A DNA stretch of 64,000 bases from Eledone cirrhosa (taxonomy: Eukaryota), in contig OZ024745.1 of NCBI GenBank assembly GCA_964016885.1, positions 119,722,001-119,786,000 of the forward strand, given 5' to 3'. The position numbers were made by a program, and so were the translations under genes. Shown here piece after piece: positions 27,232 through 39,668 of the stretch. The notes under the pieces are model-generated. The model was not told the origin of the DNA. It did no database searches and saw only the letters and a list, made by a program, of their open reading frames with translations. Position 1 is the first letter of the stretch. Each line of letters begins with the position of its first letter.

Positions 27232-27830
27232 TTCTTCTTCTTCTTCTTCTTCTTCTTCTTGAGACGGTCGTAGGGACTGAGTCTTCAAAAGTTCCTTCCA
27301 GTTGGTCCGTTCAGAAGCAATTGTCTCCAACTAATCAGATTGGATCCCCATGCAAGACTTGTCCAGCGATTATTTTCTGGTACATTCTAACCACATATTC
27401 ATAGTATCGGAGCTGTGATCTCTCAATTCGGAGAAGTATGGGCTCTACCTGGAATGACTCTCTGATCTCCGAGCTACGCACTCTATCGAGTCTTCGAAGG
27501 AACCCCATTTCGGGCGCTTGTATTCGCGATCGTATTCTTTTGGTCATTACCCAAGATCATGACTATAGGTAAAGGTTGGGACAAATACCGAATTAAAGAT
27601 AGCGAGTTTGGTTTATACACCTACGCCCATTCTTTTGATTACTGAATGCTGCATCTAGCGCATTACTGCAGCATCTGCTGCAATTCTGGTACTTACTCCA
27701 GCCTCCTGCATTCCATCACTCGTGAATTTGAAATTCTCTACCTGCTTCAGTGGAACCCAATTTACATGTAGAGTGCACTGCGCAGGCCTCCCGGAGAAGA
27801 CAAGCGTCTCAATTTTCGCAGCACATTCAG
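27232..27830 (-). mobile_element. RTE-clade LINE 3' fragment with (GAA)n tail
   Basis: MTKRIRSRIQAPEMGFLRR...RSSEIRESFQVEPILLRIERSQLRYY; (CTT)n on the plus strand. Confidence 0.85.
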
Positions 27831-28727
27831 AATATAAGATGAGGTCATGTTTGATGCCTACATGTTTTGCTTATGAAATGATTGTGCAGCTCTTATCAAG
27901 TTACGTTTCTTTGCCTTTAGTATTTCATATTTCAGCAAATCTGTCTATTCCATAAATTCTATAACTTCCTTTATATCAAAGCAGTCGTTCCCCATATTTC
28001 TTTCCAGCTTTCATTGATCTCATTACCTTTTTCTTTTAGTAATTATTTTCCTCTACACTATTTTCCATATTGATCTTCTTAATTGTACATCATATGCTTT
28101 ATCTACACACTTCTTTAGTTTAATAATGGTAAATTTTACACAATCTTTTACTCTGATTAGATGTTACTGTCTCACTTCAAATGGGTAGTGGAGAAATAAT
28201 TTGTATATTGTTATCAACATTCTCGTAGGCTTATTCATTTCCCTCGTTTTCGTTTTCAGTTTACAGATTAAATGCTGCAGGAAAAATTTATCATCGTGTT
28301 TGACTAATTATCTGTCCTTTTAATAAGGTTACTGACATTAGTTAGTTTTAATTTTAAATAGCCTTACTAACAGATTTCTAATTCACCTTCTATTTTCTAT
28401 GGAAGCAAATCACACAACTTTTTTATACTATATGTCATAATTTCTAAATTTCCGAAAGATTATCAACAACAGTGTGTTATAGAAAAACATCGTTGTACAA
28501 CATAATTATTTCTGCTGGAAAGTAAGATGAGTTTTACCTTAAGGCATAATTCAATATCTGCGTCGGAAATAATTCTTTTACGGAAATGATTTTTAGCTAC
28601 ACAAACAACCCATAATAATATTAGAATTCTCATCGCAAAAAATGAACGACAAAAAGCAAAACAACTAAACACCGTAAACTATATATCACATAAATGTTTT
28701 TCATTTAATAAGAAGCCAATATTGTAC

Positions 28728-29095
28728 GCATGCTTGGCAGCATAGAGTTACGGCTCTTTATGATCTGAGCTCAAATCCCGCCGAGGTTAACTTTGCCTTT
28801 CATCCTTATGGGGTCGATAAAATAAAGTACCAGGGGTCGATTTAATCTACTTCCCCTCCACAAAATTAATGGCCTTGCACCTATATAAGAAACCATTATT
28901 ATTGTGGTGAATTGGCAGTATCGGTAGAGGGTAGGACGCCATGCTTTGACGCATTGAGTTACGGCCCTTGCTATTTTGAGTTCAAATCCCGCCGAGGTTA
29001 ACTTTGCCTTTAATCCTTACGGGGTCGATAAAATAAAGTACCAGTAATGTACTGAGTAATTGCTGGCCTTGTGCCAAAAGTAGAAACAATTATTA
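28728..29095 (+). mobile_element. Two tandem SINEs (long-tail, then short-tail)
   Basis: Consensus match. Confidence 0.85.
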
Positions 29096-29099
29096 TTTT

Positions 29100-29929
29100 T
29101 ATTATTACTCGATAAAATTGAGTAAAGTGGGTAAAGGAAAATGAAGTGGATAGGGAGCGGAAAGAAGTGATAGGAAGAGATAACGTGAAGAAGAAAAGAA
29201 AAAGGAAAAGAAAAGAAGTACATCTACCTATGTTAACTGGGGTTTCCCCTATCTTGTTCGGCAAGTGGGGAAAAGGAGGATGTAGCAGCCATTGTCTCAC
29301 CCATCCGGGTCACGAGGGGGTTTGAAGGCGAGGTAAGTCCTACGCAATCGGTGTTTGCGTGCAGGTACAAGTTCATCTTTTTTGTTTAAGAATTGGTCCT
29401 TCGTAACAGCAATTGTAATGTTTCCTCTGACCATAAGTTACACGAACGGCGTCTTCCCGTGTAGGAGTTAGCCCTGGACAGTAATCTCCAAGTAAGATTG
29501 TATGTTATGTTATTATCTTGGAGCTCCCAGATGTGGCCCGAAAGTGTAGTGGCATGTCGCCGAGCCGAGTTTCGGAACGTATGTCGGTGTTGGTAGAGCC
29601 GGGTCTTAAAGTCACAAGCGGTTAATCCTATATAGGGTTTGCTGGAGGTTTCCGTCCTCACGTTGCATTGGTAGATTACGTTACGTTTCTTGTTGTTAGA
29701 GGAGGCGATGTTCTGTGCGAAGTTGGGTGTGGTGCTGTAGTAGAGTTTGGTAGAGTTTCTGTTGATTATGTTGTGGTAGCGGTGTTGTGGTGGGAAGTGT
29801 TTTTCGAGGAGCCTAAATAAGATTTTCCCGATAGGTGTTGCCACCTCGGCATTGTGGGGATGGTTGAACCCTAAGTATTGAGTAGTCTGGTGCTTATGGT
29901 CCCTCTGGTTCCTTAGCACACTTCCTTCG

Positions 29930-29931
<2 letters not shown>
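29100..29931 (-). mobile_element. 5'-truncated PLE (GIY-YIG domain plus 3' UTR) with an inverted family B pLTR end
   Basis: KHFPPQHRYHNIINRN...VIYQCNV...PYIGLTACDFKTRLYQH...LSGHIWELQD...CNL. 29873-29931 is a reverse-complement homolog of 8830-8890. Confidence 0.85.
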
Positions 29932-30012
<81 letters not shown>

Positions 30013-30166
30013 TGGAAGCTTAGTCGAATCGCAGCTTTGACCGTGGGTAAGCAAAGTCGACCTACAATATGAATGAGTTAGCAAAACACTCAATAAGGGT
30101 AGGTCTTTAGAGTAATAACATACGTTTGAATAACTTGAAACATTTAGCATTGTGGTAGGTAAAACC

Positions 30167-30235
<69 letters not shown>

Positions 30236-30303
30236 GTAATAATAATAAATTTGAAGACTAAAATCCAATTTGGCTCTATAACTTTAATCTGTTATTTTAA
30301 TAA

Positions 30304-30370
<67 letters not shown>

Positions 30371-30716
30371 CGCGCGCCTAGATGCACATACAAACACCAA
30401 TTGCTATACGTCTGTACACTGATGGTAATAAGATAGGCTGAGGGTTTGTTCGATAAAAGAATAGTGCGGCGAGTAATTCAACAGATCAATTGACAAGTTT
30501 AGAAAATATAGTGTACATTGATTAGATAGATTGATATGAATTATTCATAACGATTATCAAATAACGAGTGATTTCTAGTGCAAGTTCGCCACTATAATAT
30601 TATACAACATGTGGAAATCATGTACTGTCCCTGTAGACTTTGATTTCTGAAGAGAGATAGAATAAACGATAAGTTAAGGATAAAGATTGCGAGGATCATG
30701 TGGGTGTCAGTGTGTA

Positions 30717-30719
<3 letters not shown>

Positions 30720-30758
<39 letters not shown>

Positions 30759-30879
30759 TGAGTGAGTGAGTGAGTGAGTGAGTGAGTGAGTGAGTGAGTG
30801 AGTGAGTGAGTGAGTGAGTGAGTGAGTGAGTGAGTGAGTGAGTGAGTGAGTGAGTGAGTGAGTGAGTGAGTGAGTGAGT

Positions 30880-30917
<38 letters not shown>

Positions 30918-31108
30918 AGAGAATGTCTGTGTGTTTGTGTGTGAGAGAGAGGGGGGAGAAATTGAAAGCGAGTGAACGAGGGGGAAAATGCGAGAGAGAG
31001 AGAGATAGATAATTTCTGTATGTGTTGTGTTTGTGTGTGTGTGAGATAGATAGAGAGAGAAATCGATTGAGTGAGAGGGAAAAGGCGAGAGAGAGAGCAT
31101 ATATCTGT

Positions 31109-31146
<38 letters not shown>

Positions 31147-31210
31147 AAGTGAGTGAGCGTGAGGGAAAATGCGAGAGAGAGAGCGTGAGAGAGAGGGATA
31201 GAGAATTTGT
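30720..31210. repeat. Compound (GT)n/(GAGT)n/(GA)n microsatellite
   Basis: Direct reading; (GAGT)n spans about 30757-30885. Confidence 0.95.
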
Positions 31211-31479
31211 GTATATGTGTTTGTGTGTGAAAGAGATATAGCTAGGTGGTAGTAATGGTTGTGTTGGTTGTGGTGGTGTTGTTTGTGATGAGGGGAACAA
31301 ATGTACTACTATACAAAAAGCAATGAAAATGAGAGAAAGAAATATTTTAATTTACAAGGTAGCTTCGAGTGTGGTGCCAGATGGTAGAACAGCCTGGAGG
31401 TGGACTGTTTTATTAATGACTCACCTTCGTTTGTATGACTAACACAGATATTTCTATTTGGCGGAGCAGGAAGTATGTA

Positions 31480-31692
31480 CAGGGTGGCCAAAAAGTCATA
31501 CAGGGTTTTAGTTTTTTTATTAACGTCCGGAATTGTACAGATTGATGTATGACATTTTGATAAAACTTAAAAGATATAATGGAAATTATTTTGCACTTAT
31601 CAATCCTTGTCACACCTCTACAATACTTATGAAAAATTAAATTTAAAAAATATAAACAGTTGCGAGCCCTTTCTGACTTTTGGCCCACTCTG
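31480..31692. mobile_element. Tc1/mariner-type MITE
   Basis: TA|CAGGGTGGCCAAAAAGTCA ... TGACTTTTGGCCCACTCTG|TA. TIRs are related to those at 23482-24316. Confidence 0.75.
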
Positions 31693-32365
31693 TATTACAA
31701 GTGTGGTATTTTTCGCATTCTAAAATTGACAAGGCATTCGTTTCATGCAGATTTTGGTTCAATTCATTCTACAGAAACAAAACAATCGATATAAGTATTT
31801 TCTATGAATTGAAGACATTGGTCTTTGCTCCATTTAACGCCAATATACACGTATTAACGCCAATACATACGCATTACCTTACCCAAATGAACGTACTTTT
31901 AGGTAGGAACAAAGGACAGAATTTTATGAGCATAGCAATACCGGAAGAACAGGTGTCATAATTATTATCAACAAAATTGAAATATTTAAAAATCAAGGTG
32001 AGATAACTAACGTAGCGTACGAATGAAAAAAAAGAACTAAAATACTGAAAGGTTGCAGTAGATTGAAATATAGCTATAGAGTACATGTTAATAAAACGAA
32101 AGGTATAAAAATTGTTTCCTTCTTCATGCATGTTCTCTCAAAACAAGCTCCCAGCCTGGTGATTTGGATCTTCACTTTAACTCTTATATCATTAATTTCA
32201 CTTCTTCTGTAGGCTCGAAACTCGTTAGTTTCATAACACTTCTTTTGTAATGTTGCGATAAGATTTATAATCTTTCTATAGTATCGCACATGCTCCATAT
32301 TAAACCTAAAATTATGTACGCAATTTCTCATCTTCGATAATACACACTAGTAAACTACTGGATTT

Positions 32366-33155
32366 TCTTCTTCTTCTTCTTCTCTTTCTTCTTCTTCTTC
32401 TTCTTCTTCTCCACCACCCAGACTTGTCAAATAACTCCTTTCAGTGGGTCCCGTCAGAAGCAACCGTCTCCAACTGACCTGGTAGGATCCCCAAGCGAGA
32501 CCAGCCAAGCTCATGGATGTTATCCAATCATCTAGTTCTGGATCTACCCCTGGGTCTCCTGCCTGTTGGCATTGCCAGTAAAATCTGCCCAGTGATTCTT
32601 TTGCGACACATTCTAACTACATCCCATAGTATCGGGGCTGTGACCTTTCAATTCAGAGAAGTAGAGGTTCTACCTGGAGCGACTCTCTGATCTCCAAGCT
32701 CTGATCTCCAAGCTGTCGTGTAACATTAGTCCAAAGACCCTTCGGAGGAACCTGATTTCGGCCGCTTGTAATCACGATCATATTCTCTAGGCCATTACCC
32801 AAGATTCATGGCCATATGTAACGGGTGGCACGAATACCGAATTTAAGAGAGCGAGTTTGGCTTTTACATCTACCGCCCTTCTTTTCATTGCTAAATGCTG
32901 AAGCTGGCGCATTCCTACATCAGTTCCTGCTAATCTTGCACTTAATCTACCCTCTTGCCTTCCATCAAACGCGAACACGGCCCTGAGATACTTTAACTTC
33001 TCTACCTGCTTCAGTGGAACTCCATTTATACTTAGAGTGAACAGCGCTGGCCCACCGGAGTGGATGAGCGTCTCAGTTTTCGCAGCACTGATTTTCATTC
33101 CACTCATGCAGCACTCAGCCTCAAACCTATCAAGTATGAGTCGGAGATCACCTTC
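32366..33155 (-). mobile_element. RTE-clade LINE 3' fragment with (GAA)n tail
   Basis: GMKISAAKTE...LKQVEKLKYL...PPVTYGHESWVM; same family as 27232-27830. Confidence 0.85.
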
Positions 33156-33552
33156 TCAAATTTGCAGGCGACATGGTGCTACTGAATATTACTCAACAGT
33201 TTGAATTTAAGCAAACTGGAGCAAGTAAATAGAATGTACCAAAACTCATAATATATTGAAATGAAGATTCTAGAAATTTCATTGAACGTGACATAACCAG
33301 GAGAAATTACACAGTATATTGAACGCGGATTTATCAATGATGCATTAGCAATGATGCGAAGGAGAATACGTTACATCGCGGATATTTATCTCTATTTTGA
33401 GACAGGATCCATAATCCCTAGCGTAACTGGCTTTCATTGAGCAAAATAAAGCTACCAAATTGTTATTGTTTGTTAGGTCCACCCTACAAACGTCAATAGC
33501 TTCAGATATAGAACATCTAGAATTACTTTATTCAATGTATTATTACTTAACA

Positions 33553-33740
33553 TGGTGGATTGACAGTATTGGTAGAAAGTCGGACGCCATGCTTTGACGC
33601 ATAGAGTTACGGTTCTTGCCATTCTGAGTTCAAATCTCGCCGAGGTTAACTTTGCCTTTCATCCTTACGGAGTCGATAAAATAAATTACCAGTAATGTAC
33701 TGGGTAATTGCAGGCCTTGTGCCAAAAGTAGAAGCAAATA
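33553..33740 (+). mobile_element. SINE
   Basis: Consensus match. Confidence 0.85.
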
Positions 33741-35504
33741 TTCCTTAATATGGTTTAAGATGACTTTATGGGGATATGGCTCCTATTTCTGAGAATTCGA
33801 ATCGAAATATACAATATATATATTCGAGTAATATTTTTAAACATCCATTGTGGTGTTAGTGGTGTTATTTACTATCGACAGGGAATCAAGGAATCAAAAC
33901 TGGTCCACAGACTACTCCATACATCAAGAAGTATTTTGGTCCTTGAAGGCCATTGTAAATTCCTTATCATGGAAGTATGATTTAGTATAATGGTGCGCCA
34001 TCACGGTTGGGATACATGAGATGTGAGAGGGATCTATATTTGATTGGATGAATCCCAAATATGACTGCAACCCCAGAAGAACAAGAAACAAGATTGCAGG
34101 AATTTGGACATATAAATATGAGCCGATATATTCAGCTCCACTCAACCATGTTTTCACACAAATATTTTTGAAAGAAGGGTATCAAGATTGCCACCTATGC
34201 AGAAGAAAGGAAAGTGGTGCAAGCTGAGATTTGTATCCTTTTTAAAAACATTAAAATAGCAAATATAAAGAAGCTATCTTCAGTTTGTGTTATAATCCGA
34301 GACCGTCGGAAGATATTCATTAGAATTTTATCTTACAAAATTCAGTCAGTACGTGTTTATCTGCTCTTTGTTTAGTTAAACAGGTCTCGATTGAAACAAA
34401 GAACCTAAACATGAATATCTTTTATGTATGTGTATGTATGTGTTGCAATGTCATTTTGTGACGGGGTTTCGAAGTTTATTATGTATGAAAAAGGAAATGA
34501 AATGCAATGAATGAATATGGAGAAAACAATGAAACAAAATGATATAGATATATGTAAAAAAGGAGAACAGAAATAGAGGAAGAAAATTGATAAACATTAT
34601 TGATTACACGCTGAATAAATCTCATCGATCGGAAATTAGTTATAGTTTACTACGGGGAATATTGGGTATTTATTTTCGGCGAACTTGTTTCAATGATTCA
34701 GGAAACATTGCTGAGTGCAAAAGATGTGTTGAAATTAGGTGACTTATATCGTTTAATAATATTTATTATTGATGTGGGAAGGGATGAGGGAAGTAGGGAG
34801 GCTGGGGAAAATAAGTGCAGAAACGAACACTGCGCCAAATATATGGTTGAAAAGAAAACAAGAAAAATTAACTTGTACTATGTGAACCGTAATTTGCTCG
34901 TGGAATATTGATGAACTGTAGATTTTTTCCACTCCGCTAACACCAATGTGTTATACGCGTGTATTATGGTGGACAATTTTTTTTAGAAATCAGCTGAGAT
35001 ATATATATAAGCATTCCTGATCACACGAGATCATTAGCAATATAAATAAAAATGGAAATCCTGCATAATTGTAATTTAAAATTAATTTACAGGCACGATT
35101 TTCACAATAGATAATCTAATTACTCACTTTCTACTAGATGTAAGATAATCATTTTTTTCCTATTCTAAACTCAGTGTATCGAATATCGAAAGCAAATAAT
35201 TGTAAGGAATTAAGTATGACATTTTAGACTTTAAAACATTTTACTAATTACTTATTATATATTTTATTTCGGTAATAGGCAGCAATATAGATAAGGGTTA
35301 ATCTGTTAAAACCGTAAATAAAAGCGAATGGTAGTTGGGTTTTCTTGAGACTATCTAGACGAGGTGATGAGATATATCTAAGATCAAACATCTTATGTAG
35401 AAATACATGTGTTAGTATAAGACCAGGGCAGCGATAAATGGTCAAAAATAATATCTAGCTAAGTGTTATGTTTGATGCAGCAGTTCTAATCATGTCATTA
35501 TATT

Positions 35505-35885
35505 CGGCGATGGATTGACAATATCGGTAGAGCGTGAGACACCATAGAGTTATGACCCTTTACGTTCTGAGTTCAAATCCCGTTGAGGATAACTTTGTGT
35601 TTATATCCTTACGGGTTCGATAAACTAGAGTACCAGGAATGCACTGGGGTAATTGCTGGTCCTGTGCCAAAAGTAGAAACAATAATATTTGGCGGTGGAT
35701 TAGCAGTATCGGTAGAACGTCAGACACCATGCTTTGCAACATAAAGTTATGACCCTTTACGTTCTGAGTTCAAATCCCGCCGAGGTTAACTTTGCTTTTA
35801 TATCTTTACGGGGTCGATAAAATAAAGTACCGGTAATCCACTGGGGTAATTGCTGGCCTTGGGTGTCAAAAGTAGAAACAATTAT
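35505..35885 (+). mobile_element. Two tandem SINEs
   Basis: Consensus match, head to tail. Confidence 0.85.
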
Positions 35886-36107
35886 AGTTGGGTTTCTTAG
35901 TTAAAGGTAAATGTCATCACTATTGTTTAGCGTGAGGTTAACTCAGATGAAACAGTCCTATAATAAAATATGTAACCCCATGGCCATTTCAGTATTCATT
36001 GAAACATGACTTGAGGACTACATTGTTCATCGGTGGGAGATTTAAATATTAGATCCAGCTCGTCCAAGGAATCACGTAAAACCTCATTTGTCGGCTTGCA
36101 TTAATAT

Positions 36108-36495
36108 ACTTGTTTCTACTTTTGGCACAAGGCCAACAATTACCCCCATGCATTACTGGTGCTTTATTTTATCTACCCCGTAAGGGTGAAGGGGAAAGTT
36201 AACCTCGGCGAGATTTGAACTCAGAACGTTAAGTGGCGCAACTCTATGCTGCAAAGCAAGGCGTCCGACCTCTACCTATATTGCCAATCCGCAGCCATTG
36301 CATTAATATAATTGTTTCTACGTTTGGCACAAGGCCAGCAATTATCCCAGTGCATTACTGGTACTTTATTTTATAGTCCCCATAAGGATGAAAGGCAGTG
36401 TTAACCTCGGCGGGATTTGAACTCAGACCATAAAGGGCCGTAACTCTTTGCTGCAAAGCATGGCGTCCGACCCTCTAAAGATACTGCCAATCCAC
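36108..36495 (-). mobile_element. Two tandem SINEs
   Basis: Reverse-complement consensus; direct repeat TTGCATTAATATA at about 36096 and 36298. Confidence 0.85.
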
Positions 36496-36752
36496 ATAAT
36501 AGTAGCAAATATTATTCCAACAACAGAACAGTGACAGATAAGAGCATCGAAATAGTAACGTTAGAATGTGGGGTGTTGTGGGGTGGGGTATAATGGGGGT
36601 ATTGTGGGATGGGGTATAATGGGGTGTTTTGAGGTGTGTGGGTGTTGCGGGGTGAGGCGGAGGGCGAGTAGAAATTTCCGATCGTTTTCAAGTACAGATA
36701 TATTTAGATGCGTGTAACATACGGATGAACACATGATCACAAGTCTGTATTC

Positions 36753-37264
36753 CACATATTTATATATTATCTTTACTACTAGATTCTTTTTCGTGAATAT
36801 TCCACTGTCTCACGTGTACCTCTCATGGAAACATGTGGCACTTAAAGTCGCACTACCTAGCTGCAAGAGAGTGTACACCGCACATATTTATATATTATCT
36901 TTACTACTAGATTCTTTTTCGTGAATATTCCACTGTCTCACGTGTACCTCTCATGGAAACATGTGGCACTTAAAGTCGCACTACCTAGCTGCAAGAGAGT
37001 GTACACCGCACATATTTATATATTATCTTTACTACTAGATTTTTTTTCGTGAATATTCCACTGTCTCACGTGTACCTCTCATGGAAACATGTGGCACTTA
37101 AAGTCGCACTACCTAGCTGCAAGAGAGTGTACACCGCACATATTTATATATTATCTTTACTACTAGATTCTTTTTCGTGAATATTCCACTGTCTCACGTG
37201 GACCTCTCATTGAAACATGTGGCACTTAAAGTCGCACTACCTAGCTGCAAGAGAGTGTACACCG
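36753..37264. repeat. Tandem repeat, 4 x 128 bp, near-identical
   Basis: Units start at 36753, 36881, 37009 and 37137. Confidence 0.95.
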
Positions 37265-37461
37265 CTAAGTTCGAGGAAAATATCAGTTTCTTCACACTGA
37301 CAATGGGATCCACCTCACAAAAGTGGGCTGCTTCTACCAGAGTTTGGCTAGGGTAGGCTTAAGTGTTAGGGAGAGCTGGTAAATGATATACATAGGAAAA
37401 CAAGAGACCAAAAGAATAGATAGGATCAGCGATAACGCTGTTATCGTATGAATAAATAGGT

Positions 37462-37632
37462 AATAATTGTTTCTACATTAGGTACAAGATCTGCGATTTG
37501 AAAAGGAAGGGAAAGTCGATTAAATTGATCCCAGTGCATTACTGGTTCTTTATTTTATCGATCCCGTAATGATAAAAGGCAAAGCTAACCTCGGCGGAAT
37601 TTTAACTCAGAACGTTAGGGGCCGTAACTCCA
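37462..37632 (-). mobile_element. SINE, long-tail subfamily, truncated
   Basis: Reverse-complement consensus including GTCGATTAAATTGA. Confidence 0.8.
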
Positions 37633-37993
37633 TCGCCCTCAATAAATAGGAAATAATAAATAAAATGACAGTTCAAAACAATAACGCAATAAAATGTTTC
37701 CTCAAATGGGAGGAGCAACACAGCATAGTTCAGGGCATCTAATTCGTGTGGCCACATTTACATACGCCACACATTTTACTCTTGCTCACAGTTCCTCATC
37801 TTTGCTGATGGGTAGCAACACCTTTTGTTCCCTTATCATTCTTCTCCAGTGTTATTTGAAGAAGTTGATGAGTGCTTGACCCGGCGAGAAATACTCTGCC
37901 ATCAATCGTTTGAATCACATCTTCCACACAACTTCCTTCGCTATTACCTCCAGCCCCAGGAAATCTACTTCTCTTTCATTCTAAAGGGATCAC

Positions 37994-38566
37994 TGGTTTT
38001 GAATTGGCAGTATCAGTAGAGAGTCGGACACCATGGTTTGCAGCATAGAGTTATACCCTTTTATGGGCTGAGTTCAAATCCCACTCAGGTTAACTTTGCC
38101 TTTTATCCTTACGGGGTCGATAAAATAAAGTACCAGTAATGCACTGGGCAATTGATGGCCTTGTGCCAAAAGTAGAAACAATTATGATAGATTTAACTGA
38201 TAACTAAATTGATCCTACACGTGATAGAAGCTGTCCCCCTTAAGCTCACATATTCACAGAATATATATACATAATTATATAATTCCAAAACCTGAAATTG
38301 TGGGGGATGGAATAAATCGATCATATTGAGCTCTACCAGTTGGAGCTTACATATTTTATCTAGCTGCATCAAATAAATAATTGTTTCTACTTTTGGCACA
38401 AGGCCAGCTATTATCCCAATACATTACTGGTACATTATTTTATCGACCCCGTAAGGTTGAAAGGCAAAGTTAACCTCGACATGATTTGAACTCAGATCAT
38501 AAAAGGGCGTAACTCTATGCTGCAAAGCATGGCGTCCGACTATCCACCGATACGGTCAATCCACCA
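37994..38566. mobile_element. Convergent SINE pair (37994-38185 plus; 38377-38566 minus)
   Basis: Consensus matches in opposite orientation about 190 bp apart. Confidence 0.85.
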
Positions 38567-39448
38567 AATAAATAATAACAATTAATAAGGGGAAATGTCT
38601 TATTTGTATTTTGAAGCATATATTTATAGATCGTCCATGGGTTGTATCATTCTATGAGAAATGTTCATTGTAGCTTGCATTTCATTTCTTATTTATGTTT
38701 ATTTTCAGAATAATACTCGAATGTTGTAATATGCAAAATAAGAGTTAGACTCCATATGTGGACTCATGAATTTGATACATACTTTGACTTGCTCTAACCT
38801 ATAAAAGATAAAAGTGACTTTAGTGGAATTTAAACTGCCATAATTAAATACCACAATACATTCAAATTAATTTGCTTGCAATTCTGCCATCTACCACCAT
38901 GTAACTAATGTAAATGATATGTATTTATTAACATTCAAATATTTGCAGAGAAGGGAGATGCTATTGAATTGCAAATGAGGATATTAGGGGAAAATATTTC
39001 ACCAAGTAGTGTGTTAAAGAATAGACAAAGCCTAATGCAGCATAATTTATAACGAAGAATGTAAACGAACGTAATTAACAGTCGTTAACATCGGCAAAAT
39101 GCCACGAATTATGGCTAAGTAGAGTTCATTAAATATACCTTAATATATTATTGATTTATTGACATCATACGGGGGCAATATATTCTATTACATTTTCAAA
39201 TGTCTTAGAAAAATATAAACTGAACAGTACATGAGAGGTCATTTATTGTATTGGTATTGGAAGGATTACAGGCGAAATTGACTTCACAACTATTTGATCC
39301 AAAACCGAAAGTGACATATCTAAAACCTGGAGGTTATTTTGACATGTGCACTATCTTAACAGAATGATTTTTTTAATGTCTTCACTGGGCCCCCAGTGAT
39401 ACGCTAGTATCAGTATGACCAAATAATGTTTATTGTATTGGTACTGGA

Positions 39449-39668
39449 AGGGCGGTGGATTGGAAGTATCGGTAGGGATTCGGATGCCATGCTTTGCAGC
39501 ATAGAGTTACGGCCCTTTATGATCTGAGTTCAAATTCCGCCGAGGATAACTTTGCCTTTTTATCCTTACGGGGTCGATAAAATAAAGTACTAGCCACGCA
39601 TTGGGGTCGATTTAATCGACTTTCTCTTTCCCAAAATTGATCGCCTTGTGCCTATATGAGAAACCATA
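39449..39668 (+). mobile_element. SINE, long-tail subfamily
   Basis: Consensus match. Confidence 0.85.

Noticed and set aside
29930-30150. N-terminal extension of the 254-aa ORF as a novel fusion protein
   Set aside because: The frame simply reads through (TA)n and an inverted pLTR into the truncated GIY-YIG region.
33768-34220. Possible pogo-type transposase or host exon (ILVLEGHC)
   Set aside because: Only one short motif, with no sustained frame or splice evidence.
36753-37264. Possible CRISPR array
   Set aside because: The units are contiguous 128-bp repeats with no unique spacers, no cas genes are present, and the context is eukaryotic.
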